Source of the DNA: Acidimicrobiia bacterium
Lineage (GTDB): Bacteria; Actinomycetota; Acidimicrobiia; Spongiisociales; UBA5794
Direction of reading: 5' to 3'
Assembly (NCBI GenBank): GCA_030066265.1
Contig: JASJCF010000006.1
Location: 1 to 51,717 of the forward strand
Length of the DNA: 51,717 nt
The notes below the pieces were generated by a model. That model made no database searches. It was not told the DNA's origin and was given only the letters and a program-made list of their open reading frames with translations. Shown here piece by piece: positions 38,364-47,814 of the stretch (positions are counted from its first letter, which is position 1; every line of letters begins with the position of its first letter). Made by a program: the position numbers and the translations under genes.

Positions 38364-39142
38364 GGCGGACCGTGGCGATGATCGCCGTGATCGCTGTTGC
38401 TGCGGTGTCGTGTTCGGCAAACACCGAAGACCGCGTCGTCGTTGCGGCGGGCACCACGCTGGTCGATTCCGGATTCCTGCCGTCCGTGGTCGAGCGCTTC
38501 GAAGCATCGCACCCGGACATCGCCGTGTCGGTTGTGGGCTTGAGCTCGGCGGAAGCGTTCGCGTACGGCTCAACCGGCACGGCGGATGTGCTGATCACCC
38601 ACGATCCAGCAGGACTTGCGACGTTCCTCGACGACCATCCCGACGCAACGACGACCGTGGTCTTCTCCAGCGAGTTCCTGCTCGCAGCGCCGTCGGGCTG
38701 GACGTTCGACGATGAGTCGGTCGTAGATGCCTTCCGCTCGATCGCAACGCAGCGGCGGGAGTTCGTATCACGTGACGATCGATCCGGCACGAACGTGCGC
38801 GAGCTCACGATCTGGAGCGAAGCCGGTATCGATCCGTTGGATGAGCCGTGGTACACGCGCACCGGCTCGGGGATGGTGTCGACCCTCTTGATCGCCGATG
38901 AACGGGACGCAGCGACCCTCGCCGAGCGGGGAGCCTTCCTCGCTGCGTCCGATGCCCTCAACCTCGTCGAATACCCACTCGAGCGAGATGATCTGTTGGA
39001 CAACCCGTACGACGTGACCGTTGCAAGCGAGTCTTCCGGTGGTGACGAGTTCGCCTCGTGGCTCGTCGATCGTGACGGAAGGGAAGCCATCACCGTGGCC
39101 AACGAAGCACTGTTTGGATCCGAGGTCTATCGACTGCCGTAA
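38360..39142 (+). CDS. Tungstate-type ABC substrate-binding lipoprotein (TupA-like, divergent)
   Basis: Lipobox AVSC; [27 protein letters not shown]. Confidence 0.82.
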   Translation: MRRTVAMIAVIAVAAVSCSANTEDRVVVAAGTTLVDSGFLPSVVERFEASHPDIAVSVVGLSSAEAFAYGSTGTADVLITHDPAGLATFLDDHPDATTTVVFSSEFLLAAPSGWTFDDESVVDAFRSIATQRREFVSRDDRSGTNVRELTIWSEAGIDPLDEPWYTRTGSGMVSTLLIADERDAATLAERGAFLAASDALNLVEYPLERDDLLDNPYDVTVASESSGGDEFASWLVDRDGREAITVANEALFGSEVYRLP

Positions 39143-39200
39143 CCTCGCGATCACGCACGGAGTGTGGTGAAGGCACGGCAGCGAGGGAGGGGAGCACCCG

Positions 39201-40784
39201 ATGACCAGGCCGCAGGTCATCATCGCCGAGGCGATCGCAGCCGAGGGGATCGGCGCGCTGTCCGAGAGCGCGGAAGTACTCGACATGGTCGGTGCATCTC
39301 GTGACCAGTTGCTCGGCGCAATGCCCGCCGCCGCGGCGATCATCGTCCGATCGGCCACCAAGGTCGACCGCGAGATGATCGAGGCCGCACCCGACCTCGC
39401 AGTGATCGGGCGCGCAGGCATCGGCACCGACAACATCGACCTCGATGCCGCCACGGAGCACGGGGTGATGGTCGTCAATGCGCCCAACGCCAACACGATC
39501 TCGGCGGCCGAACACACCCTGGCGCTCATGCTCGCTCAAGCACGTCGCGTTCCGGAGGCCGATCAGAGCCTCAGGGAAGGGCGATGGGACCGCTCGAAGT
39601 TCCAGGGCGTCGAGCTACACGGCAAGACCCTCGGTGTCCTCGGTCTCGGCAAGATCGGAACGCTGGTGGCTCAGCGCGCTTCGGCCTTCGGGATGCACAT
39701 CGTTGCGTACGATCCCTACGTGTCCGAGGATCGCGCTCGCCGCCTCGGCGTCGCCCTCCGGCCGCTGGACGAGGTACTCGCCTCAGCGGACATCGTCACC
39801 ATCCACCTTCCACGGACCTCCCAGACCGAGAACCTCATCGACGAAGCGACGATCTCGAGGATGAAGGACGGTGTGCGCATCATCAACGTCGCACGAGGCG
39901 GGATCGTCAACGAACAGGACCTGGCAGACGCCGTGAGCAGTGGCAAGGTCGGGGGAGCTGCGGTGGACGTCTTCGAGACGGAGCCCACGACGGAAAGCCC
40001 GCTCTTTGGCGTTCCGCAGATCACCGTGACGCCCCACCTCGGTGCAAGCACGAAGGAAGCACAGGGCAAAGCAGGGATCGCCGTTGCCGAAGCCGTCGCC
40101 GCCGCCCTCACGGGTGAGCTCGTGCTGAGCGCCGTCAATCTCGATCTCGGGCCGGTCGTGTCTCCACGGGTGAAGCCCTTCATCGGGCTCGCCGAGCAGC
40201 TCGGGAAGATCTTCACCGCTCTCGCCAAGGGCCTCCCGTCCGAGCTCGAGGTCCTGGTGCAGGGTGAGTTGGCGGAGGATCCGGTGAAGCCGATCGCCCT
40301 GTCCGCATTGAAGGGGACGCTGGCGGCGAGCAGCGAAGTCCCGGTGTCGTACGTCAACGCACCCCTGATCGCAGAGGCCAGGGGCGTATCGGTGATCGAG
40401 GAGTCGCAGCTCGAGGTCGAGGACTACCAGTCGATCGTGCGGATCAGCGGCGAAGTGAACGGTCGCAAACGCACCGTTGCCGGCACCGTCATGGCCCGCA
40501 AGGGTGCAGCGCTGATCGGGCTCGAAGGGTATGCCATCGAGGTGCCGATGACGGATCACATGCTGCTCATCCGCAACGACGACATTCCCGGCTGCATCGG
40601 ACGGGTCGGCACGTACCTGGGCGACATCGGCAACAACATCGCCGACATGGTGGTCGGCCGTTCCCGGGAGGGGGCTGCGGCCATGATGGGGATCGCTCTC
40701 GACGGCCCCGTCACCGACGAGCAGTTGGACGGCTTGCTGGCTCTCGAGGGCATTGCCGCTGCGCGCTACGTGGACCTCAGCTGA
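39201..40784 (+). CDS. serA: D-3-phosphoglycerate dehydrogenase (long form, ASB+ACT)
   Basis: [39 protein letters not shown]-terminal ACT. Confidence 0.97.
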   Translation: MTRPQVIIAEAIAAEGIGALSESAEVLDMVGASRDQLLGAMPAAAAIIVRSATKVDREMIEAAPDLAVIGRAGIGTDNIDLDAATEHGVMVVNAPNANTISAAEHTLALMLAQARRVPEADQSLREGRWDRSKFQGVELHGKTLGVLGLGKIGTLVAQRASAFGMHIVAYDPYVSEDRARRLGVALRPLDEVLASADIVTIHLPRTSQTENLIDEATISRMKDGVRIINVARGGIVNEQDLADAVSSGKVGGAAVDVFETEPTTESPLFGVPQITVTPHLGASTKEAQGKAGIAVAEAVAAALTGELVLSAVNLDLGPVVSPRVKPFIGLAEQLGKIFTALAKGLPSELEVLVQGELAEDPVKPIALSALKGTLAASSEVPVSYVNAPLIAEARGVSVIEESQLEVEDYQSIVRISGEVNGRKRTVAGTVMARKGAALIGLEGYAIEVPMTDHMLLIRNDDIPGCIGRVGTYLGDIGNNIADMVVGRSREGAAAMMGIALDGPVTDEQLDGLLALEGIAAARYVDLS

Positions 40785-40827
40785 GCGCGTCCGCCGCGTC
40801 CCAACGCCGTCCTGCACCGACGCCGTC

Positions 40828-41277
40828 TCAGATGAGCCACCAGGTCACCCAACCCGCGCCGAGGCCGTAGAGGCCGGCGACGACGTCGTCCATCGTCACG
40901 CCGACCGATCCCGGCAGCTGCTCTGCCTGCGCAACGCCAGGCAAGACCTTGAAGATGTCCGCCAGGCGTGCGATCACCACGGCCACGACCCACGGCCAGC
41001 CGCTCAACCCGATGACCGCCACGAAGGTGCCTGCAATCTCGTCGATCACCACCCAGCCCGGATCCGCGTGATCGTGGGCAAAGGGCGCTGCGGACCACAA
41101 CGACAGCCCGAACGCAACGAGAAACGCCGTCGCGCCCACCCACCATGGCTGATCCCACCACAAGAGTGCCAGGAGTGCGGCGAGCCCGGCTCCGAAGGTC
41201 CCCGCCCCAGCGTGGCTTCCCCACAATCGCGACGGAACGAAGCCGATGAAGAATCCAGAGGCCACGAATCTGTGCAT
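40828..41277 (-). CDS. pgpA: Phosphatidylglycerophosphatase A
   Basis: AGTFG, DPGWVVIDEIAG, RLADIFK, GVTMDDVVAG. Confidence 0.9.
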   Translation of the reverse strand: MHRFVASGFFIGFVPSRLWGSHAGAGTFGAGLAALLALLWWDQPWWVGATAFLVAFGLSLWSAAPFAHDHADPGWVVIDEIAGTFVAVIGLSGWPWVVAVVIARLADIFKVLPGVAQAEQLPGSVGVTMDDVVAGLYGLGAGWVTWWLI

Positions 41278-41372
41278 CGTGGCCGCACGCTATCAGCGTG
41301 CCGGTGTCATGCCCGTTCCCGGCTGGCCGCGGGCCGTCGCTACCGTTGCGCTGTCCACCGACCGAGGAGCCC

Positions 41373-43289
41373 ATGAGGCCAGATCAGCTCGGCGACTACC
41401 GGGTCCCATCCGATGCGCACCTCCATCCCGACGGGGACACGGTGGCGTTCGTCGTGACGCAGATGGACCTCGAGGCCGACGAGTACGTGTCGTCGATCTG
41501 GATGCTCGACGGTGACGTAGCTCGTCCCTTCACCACGGGCCGGCGCGATCGGTCACCGCGCTGGTCATCGGACGGATCCACGCTTGCGTTCCTGCGCACC
41601 GAGGGTGCTCAGGACCCAGGAGCCCAACTCGCCCTGATGCCCTTCGGCGGCGGTGAGGCGACGGTGGTCACGTCCCTGGATATCGGGGTCAGCGACTTCG
41701 CGTGGTCTCCGGAGGGTGACCGGATCGCCCTCGTGGCGGCCGAACACGTCGATGGCATCGACGATGACGACGAGCGTGCGCGCCGCCCGCGGCGCATCCA
41801 TCACCCTGCTTTCCGCTTCGACGACAAAGGCTGGCAATACGACCGAAGAGCCCACCTGTGGATCCTCGATGTCACAACTGGCGCCCTGACCCCCCTGACC
41901 GGCGGTGATCACGACGAAGGATCGCCCGCGTGGAGCCCAGACGGCGAAACGATCGCGTATCTGTCAGCCGCGGACGACGACCGGTGGCTGGATCCTCGCG
42001 GGTACGTCTTCACGGTGCCCGCGGCCGGCGGTCAGCCCTTGCGGATGACAGGGCGGGGATCTTGGTCCTGGGTCGGGTACGGACCGGACGGGTCACTGTT
42101 CGCCCTCGGTGATGAGCTCGACAGGATGCGCCTCGATGCGCTCCCGCTCCAGCGGCTCGGACGTGATGGCCTCGAGCGGATCACCGACCTCGATCGGAAC
42201 CTGATGCCCGGGCATCCTCCCGGGGTGCTCGCCGGGCCCAGGTTCCTCGACGATGGGACCGTGCACTGCGTCCTCGAGGACCAGGGCACCGAGCGAGTCG
42301 TCGAGATCCACCCCGACGGCTCGGTCGAACCCGTGGTCGGCGGCCGCCGGGTCGTCACCGGGTGGGATCCTCGGCCCAATGGCTCCGGTGCCGTGTTCAC
42401 GGCCACCACACCGACGAACCCAGGCGAGGTGTACCGGTGGGACGGGACCGGTGAACGCCAGGTCACGGACCTCAACGGAGACTTCCGGCGCAATGCTGCC
42501 CTCGTCGAGCCCGCCGAGTTCACCTTCGAATCCGAGCCGGGAGTCGACATCCACGGCTGGGTCTTGCTTCCACCGGGAGACGGGGACGTCCCGCTACTGC
42601 TCAACGTCCACGGTGGGCCGGCCACGCAGTACGGGTGGGGCTTCTTCGACGAGTTCCAGGTCTACGTCGGAGCAGGCTACGGGGTGGTCGCCGTGAACCC
42701 GAGAGGATCGTCGGGATACGGGGACACCCACGTCAAGACCCCGCAAGGCAGGTGGGGAGATGAGATACCACCTGACCACGCCGATCTCATGCGTGCGCCT
42801 GATGCGGCCGCTCAGCGGTTCCCGCGGCTCGATCTCGACCGCCTCGGCATCATGGGTGGCTCGTATGGCGGCCTGTCGACGGTGATGTTGACATCCATGG
42901 ATCAGCGGTATCGATCGGCCGTTGCAGAGCGCGGTGTCTACAACTGGGTCTCGTTCGCAGGCACTACCGATATCCCGTGGTTCGTCCCGCTGTATCTCGA
43001 CGCGGATATGGTCGACGGCGCAGACATCTTGTGGCCTGCGAGCACGCTGCGCCGCGTGCGCGAGGTCACCACCCCCACCTTGGTCATCCACTCTGAGGGC
43101 GATCACCGCTGTCACGTCGAGCAGGCCCAACAGCTCTTCATGCAGCTCTACCGACAGGGGACGAAGACCGAGCTCCTCCTGTTTCCCGAGAACGAAGGGC
43201 ACGAGATGTCGAGGAGCGGGACGCCGCGCCATCGGGTGGAGCGCTTCGAGGCGATCCTCGAATGGCACGGCGCCCACATCGGCGGCTGA
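41373..43289 (+). CDS. S9 family (acylaminoacyl/dipeptidyl) peptidase
   Basis: PD40 repeats (WSPEG, WSPDG), VHGGP, NPRGSSGYG, GGSYGG, D and H of the triad; ATG 41373 after SD GAGGAG. Confidence 0.94.
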   Translation: MRPDQLGDYRVPSDAHLHPDGDTVAFVVTQMDLEADEYVSSIWMLDGDVARPFTTGRRDRSPRWSSDGSTLAFLRTEGAQDPGAQLALMPFGGGEATVVTSLDIGVSDFAWSPEGDRIALVAAEHVDGIDDDDERARRPRRIHHPAFRFDDKGWQYDRRAHLWILDVTTGALTPLTGGDHDEGSPAWSPDGETIAYLSAADDDRWLDPRGYVFTVPAAGGQPLRMTGRGSWSWVGYGPDGSLFALGDELDRMRLDALPLQRLGRDGLERITDLDRNLMPGHPPGVLAGPRFLDDGTVHCVLEDQGTERVVEIHPDGSVEPVVGGRRVVTGWDPRPNGSGAVFTATTPTNPGEVYRWDGTGERQVTDLNGDFRRNAALVEPAEFTFESEPGVDIHGWVLLPPGDGDVPLLLNVHGGPATQYGWGFFDEFQVYVGAGYGVVAVNPRGSSGYGDTHVKTPQGRWGDEIPPDHADLMRAPDAAAQRFPRLDLDRLGIMGGSYGGLSTVMLTSMDQRYRSAVAERGVYNWVSFAGTTDIPWFVPLYLDADMVDGADILWPASTLRRVREVTTPTLVIHSEGDHRCHVEQAQQLFMQLYRQGTKTELLLFPENEGHEMSRSGTPRHRVERFEAILEWHGAHIGG

Positions 43290-43332
43290 TGCCGCACCGC
43301 ACAAACCGACGGCACCTGCCAGACTGTGCGCC

Positions 43333-44247
43333 ATGAATCCGACTGAACTCATCTGGATGGATGGTGAGATGGTTCCGTGGGATGAGGCCACGGTCCACGT
43401 CCTCACCCATGGGCTCCACTACGGGACCGGTGCCTTCGAGGGCATCCGGGCATACGAGACGCCGAACGGCACCGCGGTATTCCGCTTGACCGATCACATG
43501 GACAGGCTCCGGCGATCGTGCAAGGCCCTCGGCATCCCGATGTCCTACGAGGTCCGCGAGCTCGTGGAGGCCGCGAAGGACGTGATCCGCGTCAACGATC
43601 TGCGATCGTGTTACGTGCGCCCGGTGACGTTCTTCGGCACCGGATCGATGGGTCTCAACCCCGCTGGTGCGAACGTCCACATGGTGATCGCATCGTGGGA
43701 GTGGGGTGCGTACCTCGGCGAGGAGGGCGTTCGCAACGGCATCCGGGTCGCGGTGTCCTCCTGGCGAAGGATCAGTCAGCAGGCCTTCATGCCCGATGCG
43801 AAAGGCACTGGCGGCTACATGAACTCGGTGCTCGCCAAGACGGCGGCCATCCGGGCCGGGTACGACGAGGCCTTGATGCTCAACGACGACGGGCTGATCG
43901 CCGAGGGCTCCGGAGAGAACCTGTTCATGGTGAGAAAGGGGATCGTGCACACGCCCCCGACCTCTGCAGGCGCTCTCGACGGCATCACCCGAGACACCGT
44001 GTATCAGCTGCTCGTCGAAGAGGGCCACGAGATCCGTGAGACGCAGATCACGCGCACCGATCTGTACTACGCGGACGAGGTGTTCTTCACGGGCACGGCA
44101 GCCGAGGTCACCCCGGTTCGGGAAATCGACGACCGCGAGGTGGGCGACGGCAAACCCGGCGCCGTGACGCGTCGCGCCCAAGAGCTCTACATGGGCACCG
44201 TCAAGGGCGAGATCGCTCCACACCCTGAGTGGCTCGAATACGTCTGA
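43333..44247 (+). CDS. ilvE: Branched-chain amino acid aminotransferase
   Basis: LHYGTGAFEGIRAY, AKGTGGY, EGSGEN, LDGITR, TGTAAEVTP; ATG 43333. Confidence 0.96.
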   Translation: MNPTELIWMDGEMVPWDEATVHVLTHGLHYGTGAFEGIRAYETPNGTAVFRLTDHMDRLRRSCKALGIPMSYEVRELVEAAKDVIRVNDLRSCYVRPVTFFGTGSMGLNPAGANVHMVIASWEWGAYLGEEGVRNGIRVAVSSWRRISQQAFMPDAKGTGGYMNSVLAKTAAIRAGYDEALMLNDDGLIAEGSGENLFMVRKGIVHTPPTSAGALDGITRDTVYQLLVEEGHEIRETQITRTDLYYADEVFFTGTAAEVTPVREIDDREVGDGKPGAVTRRAQELYMGTVKGEIAPHPEWLEYV

Positions 44248-44326
44248 CCGCCGACGGAGCGATGCGCAACTGGATCCCCACGCCGCCTACCGTTCCCGCG
44301 ACCGAGATCAGCCGTTGGGAGTGGCC

Positions 44327-45091
44327 ATGAAGATCGTTCGCGTCGACGCCGAGGCAGACGACATCACCTATGGCGCCGTCGAGCCCGACGGAATACGGCT
44401 CTTCCACGGATCTCCGTTCTTCCAGTGGGAGCGCTCTGAGACGGTGTTGCCCATCTCCCAGGTGAAGCTGCTTGCACCGGTGATCCCGACCAAGATCGTC
44501 GCCGTCGGGAGGAACTACGTGGATCACGCTGCAGAAATGGACAGCGCCGTGCCGGAATCCCCCGTGATCTTCCTCAAACCACCGACGGCGGTGATCGGCC
44601 CCCTGGCGCCCATCAAACGTCCACCCGAGTCCTCCCGCGTCGACCACGAGGGTGAACTCGCCGTCGTGATCGGCAAGGTGGCCCGGAGTGTGCGCCCAGA
44701 GGACGTCGGGCCGCACATCCTCGGCTACACGGCCGCCAACGACGTCACGGCTCGCGATCTTCAGCGCAGCGACGGCCAATGGACGAGAGGGAAGGGGTTC
44801 GACACCTTCTGTCCTCTCGGGCCGGCCATCGATACCGAATTCGACCCATCCGAGGCCAACGCGATCACATGCTCGGTCAACGGAGAGATCCGCCAAGAGG
44901 GCAGCACCGCCGACATGGTCTTCGGTGTCGCGGAGCTGGTGTCGTTCGTGTCGTCGGTCATGACGCTGCTGCCGGGCGATGTGATCCTCACCGGTACACC
45001 GGCCGGCGTGGGCCCCATGATGGAGGGGGACCACGTGGAGGTGGAGATCGAAGGAATCGGCGTGCTCATGAACCCGGTGGTGAATGCATGA
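44327..45091 (+). CDS. Fumarylacetoacetate hydrolase family protein
   Basis: VGRNY, FLKP, HEGELAVVIGK, NDVTARD, KGFDTFCPLGP, PGDVILTGTP. Confidence 0.94.
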   Translation: MKIVRVDAEADDITYGAVEPDGIRLFHGSPFFQWERSETVLPISQVKLLAPVIPTKIVAVGRNYVDHAAEMDSAVPESPVIFLKPPTAVIGPLAPIKRPPESSRVDHEGELAVVIGKVARSVRPEDVGPHILGYTAANDVTARDLQRSDGQWTRGKGFDTFCPLGPAIDTEFDPSEANAITCSVNGEIRQEGSTADMVFGVAELVSFVSSVMTLLPGDVILTGTPAGVGPMMEGDHVEVEIEGIGVLMNPVVNA

Positions 45092-46536
45092 GCGTCCGTG
45101 TCCGCTTCGCCCCGTCGCCGACAGGATTCCTTCACGTGGGGGCTGCCCGCACGGCGCTCTACAACTACCTCTTCGCCCGGGCCGAGGGCGGTGTGTTCAT
45201 CCTTCGCTCGGACGACACGGACACTGCCCGGTCTTCGCAGGAGTACCAAGACGACATCCTGGAGCACCTGCGATGGCTCGGGCTGGAGTGGGACGAGGGC
45301 TACGGACTCGGCGGCCCCGGGACATTCCGCCAGTCGGATCGGTACGAGCGCTACGCCCAGGTCGCCGCCGAACTCGTCGAGTCGGGCGCTGCGTACTACT
45401 CGTTCGTCACACCCGATCAGCTCGACCAGTTCAAGCAGGACGCTCGCACGGCCGGGACCTCGCCCGCATACGACGGAAGTCTCGAGCCAGAGCCAGCCGA
45501 GGCCGGGCGGAGGCAGTCGGAGGGCGAATCCGCCGTCGTCAGGTTCCGCGTTCCCAGGCCGGGGGAGACCGTCTTCACCGACGTGGTACGGGGGGACATG
45601 CGGTTCGAGCACGCTCAGGTCGACGACTTCGTGATCCTGCGGTCTGATGGCAGGCCCACCTATCACCTCGCTTCGACCGTCGATGATGTGGACTACGGCA
45701 TCACCCACGTGATCCGTGGTGAAGACCTTCTCTCCTCGACGCCGAAGCACATCCTGCTCACCGAGGCGATGGGCGGTGTGCCTGCGACCTATGCGCATCT
45801 GTCGCTCTTGATGGGCCCTGACGGGAAGAAGCTCTCCAAGCGTCACGGAGACACGGCCATGGCCGCGTACCGTGAGGCCGGCTACCTCCCCGAGGCCGTG
45901 AACAACTATCTCGCTCTCCTCGGCTGGTCGGCATCCGAGGACGACGACGATGTCGTATCGATGGCCGACATGATCGCGAGGTTCGACCTCGGTGCCCTGT
46001 CGCGGAATCCGGCGGTGTTCGACACGAAGAAGCTCGATTGGATGAATGGCGTATACATCCGCAACCTCGACGACGAGGCATTCGTGGCCATGACCCTGCC
46101 CGACCTCGAGCGGTCACTGGGTCGCAGCCTGAGCGCCGAGGAGGTCGAACGCTTCCGCGATCTCGTGCCCCTCGTGAAGGAGCGGACGAAGGTGCTTCCC
46201 GAAGTCTCCGAGCAGGTGCTCTTCCTGTTTCGGCCGCTCGATGGATACGACGAGGCGTCCTGGGAGAAGGTGATGGAGACTCCGGAGGCTGCCGTTGCGC
46301 TCGACGGGGCCATCGAAGCCTTGACCGACCTCGATCCATGGACCACCGAGGCGATCGATGGGGCTCTCCGAGACATGCTCGAGAGCGAAGGACTGTCCGC
46401 TCGGAAGGGATTGCAGCCCCTTCGCGTCGCAGTGTCCGGTTCGACGGTGAGCCCACCATTGTTCGAATCGCTCGAGGTTCTCGGACGCGACGAGACGATC
46501 GCCCGGTTGCGAGCTGCCCGTGCGGAGTTGGCGTGA
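45088..46536 (+). CDS. gltX: Glutamate--tRNA ligase
   Basis: RFAPSPTGFLHVG, HVIRGED, KLSKR, NYLALLGW, PLRVAV..SPPLFE; ATG 45088. Confidence 0.97.
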   Translation: MSVRVRFAPSPTGFLHVGAARTALYNYLFARAEGGVFILRSDDTDTARSSQEYQDDILEHLRWLGLEWDEGYGLGGPGTFRQSDRYERYAQVAAELVESGAAYYSFVTPDQLDQFKQDARTAGTSPAYDGSLEPEPAEAGRRQSEGESAVVRFRVPRPGETVFTDVVRGDMRFEHAQVDDFVILRSDGRPTYHLASTVDDVDYGITHVIRGEDLLSSTPKHILLTEAMGGVPATYAHLSLLMGPDGKKLSKRHGDTAMAAYREAGYLPEAVNNYLALLGWSASEDDDDVVSMADMIARFDLGALSRNPAVFDTKKLDWMNGVYIRNLDDEAFVAMTLPDLERSLGRSLSAEEVERFRDLVPLVKERTKVLPEVSEQVLFLFRPLDGYDEASWEKVMETPEAAVALDGAIEALTDLDPWTTEAIDGALRDMLESEGLSARKGLQPLRVAVSGSTVSPPLFESLEVLGRDETIARLRAARAELA

Positions 46537-46928
46537 CGAATCCGCCGGCCGACGCCCAGATCACGTTCCTCCCGGCGCGGGATCTGGCTGCGAGCCGGGA
46601 GTTCTACGAGGGCGTGCTCGGCCTGCAATTGGTCCTCGACCAGGCGTCGTGCCTGATCTTCCGAACAACGGACCAGGCATACCTCGGCGTGTGCGAGCAC
46701 CTCGAGCCGTTGGCCGGCAGGAGTGTGGTCGTCACCATCGTCAGCGATGACGTCGACGGCTGGTGCTCGCGCATCGAAGAGCGGGGTGGCACGGTTGAGA
46801 CGGGACCCGAGCACAACGACCGATTCTCCATCTATCACGCGTTCGTCCGCGACCCGGACGGTCACCACATCGAGATCCAGCGATTCGATGATCCGAACTG
46901 GTCGACCTCCGGGGGCGGCCAGTGGTGA
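46533..46928 (+). CDS. VOC/glyoxalase family protein
   Basis: DLAASREFYEGVLGL..RDPDGHHIEIQ; GTG overlaps the gltX stop. Confidence 0.9.
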   Translation: MTNPPADAQITFLPARDLAASREFYEGVLGLQLVLDQASCLIFRTTDQAYLGVCEHLEPLAGRSVVVTIVSDDVDGWCSRIEERGGTVETGPEHNDRFSIYHAFVRDPDGHHIEIQRFDDPNWSTSGGGQW

Positions 46929-47299
46929 AGCTCGGGACCGTGGTCCTGGGCGCTGAGGACGTCCGGCAGGCGGTCGACTTCTGGTCTCGGGCCCTCGGCT
47001 ACGAACCGGTGTCGTTTCCCGACAGTGCGAACGAGTTCACGATCCTGGTCCCTCCATCCGGAGTCGGGACCAGGGTGGCCCTCCAGCGGGCCGACACGCC
47101 GGTACAAGACCATCCCCGGGTGCATCTCGACCTGGTCGTCGACAACGCCGCAGAGCAGGCTTCCGAGATCGACCGGCTGATCGCCTTGGGCGCGACCCAG
47201 GTGGATTGGGACCTGTACCCACCCGAACCGGACTTCGTCGTGCTCGCCGATCCAGTGGGCAATCGCTTCTGCATCGTCGACAAGAGCCACCGAGGCTGA
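46925..47299 (+). CDS. VOC/glyoxalase-like family protein
   Basis: FWSRALGY, RVHLDL, LGAT, VLADPVGNRFC. Confidence 0.9.
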   Translation: MKLGTVVLGAEDVRQAVDFWSRALGYEPVSFPDSANEFTILVPPSGVGTRVALQRADTPVQDHPRVHLDLVVDNAAEQASEIDRLIALGATQVDWDLYPPEPDFVVLADPVGNRFCIVDKSHRG

Positions 47300-47433
47300 A
47301 CCCGCATCCGGCATCGCCCCCGTCGCCGGTCGTGCCGCTCGGCGAGAGGGCGCTCAGCTCCGCATGAACCGGCGCTACCGCCTTGCTGTGGGATGGGTCG
47401 GTGCGGCTGACGCCGCCCGTCCGGATGTTTCTT

Positions 47434-47461
47434 CCAGGTACCAGGTACTAGGTACCAGGTA
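47434..47461. repeat. 4 x 7-bp tandem repeat C(C/T)AGGTA
   Basis: ccaggta ccaggta ctaggta ccaggta. Confidence 0.92.
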
Positions 47462-47463
47462 CG

Positions 47464-47493
47464 ACGAAACCTCGGCGGTTGCCGAGGTTTCGT
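47464..47493 (-). terminator. 13-bp perfect hairpin, terminator-like, downstream of the tRNA fragment
   Basis: acgaaacctcggc-ggtt-gccgaggtttcgt. Confidence 0.7.
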
Positions 47494-47496
47494 GTC

Positions 47497-47556
47497 GTAG
47501 CCCCGACCGGGTCGGACTCGCTGGGCGAGTCCGCATGAACCGGCGCTACCGCCTTG
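47497..47556 (-). pseudogene. tRNA-Glu 3'-half fragment with a hairpin inserted in the T-loop
   Basis: 47497-47510 equals 47633-47646 and 47536-47556 equals 47650-47670; the intervening att is replaced by 25 nt. Confidence 0.85.
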
Positions 47557-47597
47557 CTGTGGGATGGGTTGGTGCGGTTCGCCGCCCTCGAAAGGCG

Positions 47598-47625
47598 GAA
47601 GCCTCCCGCTGTCGCAGGAGGCTTC
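47598..47625 (-). terminator. Hairpin downstream of tRNA-Glu (putative terminator)
   Basis: Minus sense GAAGCCTCCTGC-GACA-GCGGGAGGCTTC: 12-bp stem with one G-U pair and a GNRA loop. Confidence 0.7.
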
Positions 47626-47633
47626 TCGTTTTG

Positions 47634-47706
47634 TAGCCCCGACCGGATTTGAACCGGCGCTACCGCCTTGAGAGGGCGGCGTCCTAGGCCGCTAGACGAC
47701 GGGGCC
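47634..47706 (-). tRNA. tRNA-Glu(CTC)
   Basis: GGCCCCG TC GTCTAGCGGCCTAGGAC G CCGCC CTCTCAA GGCGG TAGC GCCGG TTCAAAT CCGGT CGGGGCT A; CCA not encoded. Confidence 0.97.
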
Positions 47707-47731
47707 GCGTGGGCGGATGCTACTCCGCCAG

Positions 47732-47803
47732 CTCGGGGGGAAGGACTCGAACCCTCAATAACGGGACCAGAACCCGGCGTGTTGCCAATTACACCACCCC
47801 CGA
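47732..47803 (-). tRNA. tRNA-Gln(CTG)
   Basis: TCGGGGG TG GTGTAATTGGCAACAC G CCGGG TTCTGGT CCCGT TATT GAGGG TTCGAGT CCTTC CCCCCGA G; CCA not encoded. Confidence 0.96.
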
Positions 47804-47814
47804 AGGCGAACGAA

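Larger units (their letters stand above)
47359..47577. repeat. 48-bp direct repeat (47359-47406 and 47530-47577, 1 mismatch) containing tRNA-Glu 3'-half sequence
   Basis: tccgcatgaaccggcgctaccgccttgctgtgggatgggt[c/t]ggtgcgg twice; its core tgaaccggcgctaccgccttg equals tRNA-Glu 47650-47670. Confidence 0.92.

Noticed and set aside
46170-46200. Calling GluRS discriminating or non-discriminating from the anticodon-domain Arg (VKER)
   Set aside because: This residue alone is not diagnostic; actinobacterial non-discriminating enzymes can retain it.
46533-47633. Intact integrative element or prophage at tRNA-Glu
   Set aside because: No integrase, transposase or phage gene; the segments between tRNA copies are under 200 bp; VOC genes are coupled to gltX.
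47359-47670. CRISPR array
   Set aside because: Only 2-3 repeats, unequal long spacing, the repeat is tRNA sequence, and there are no cas genes.
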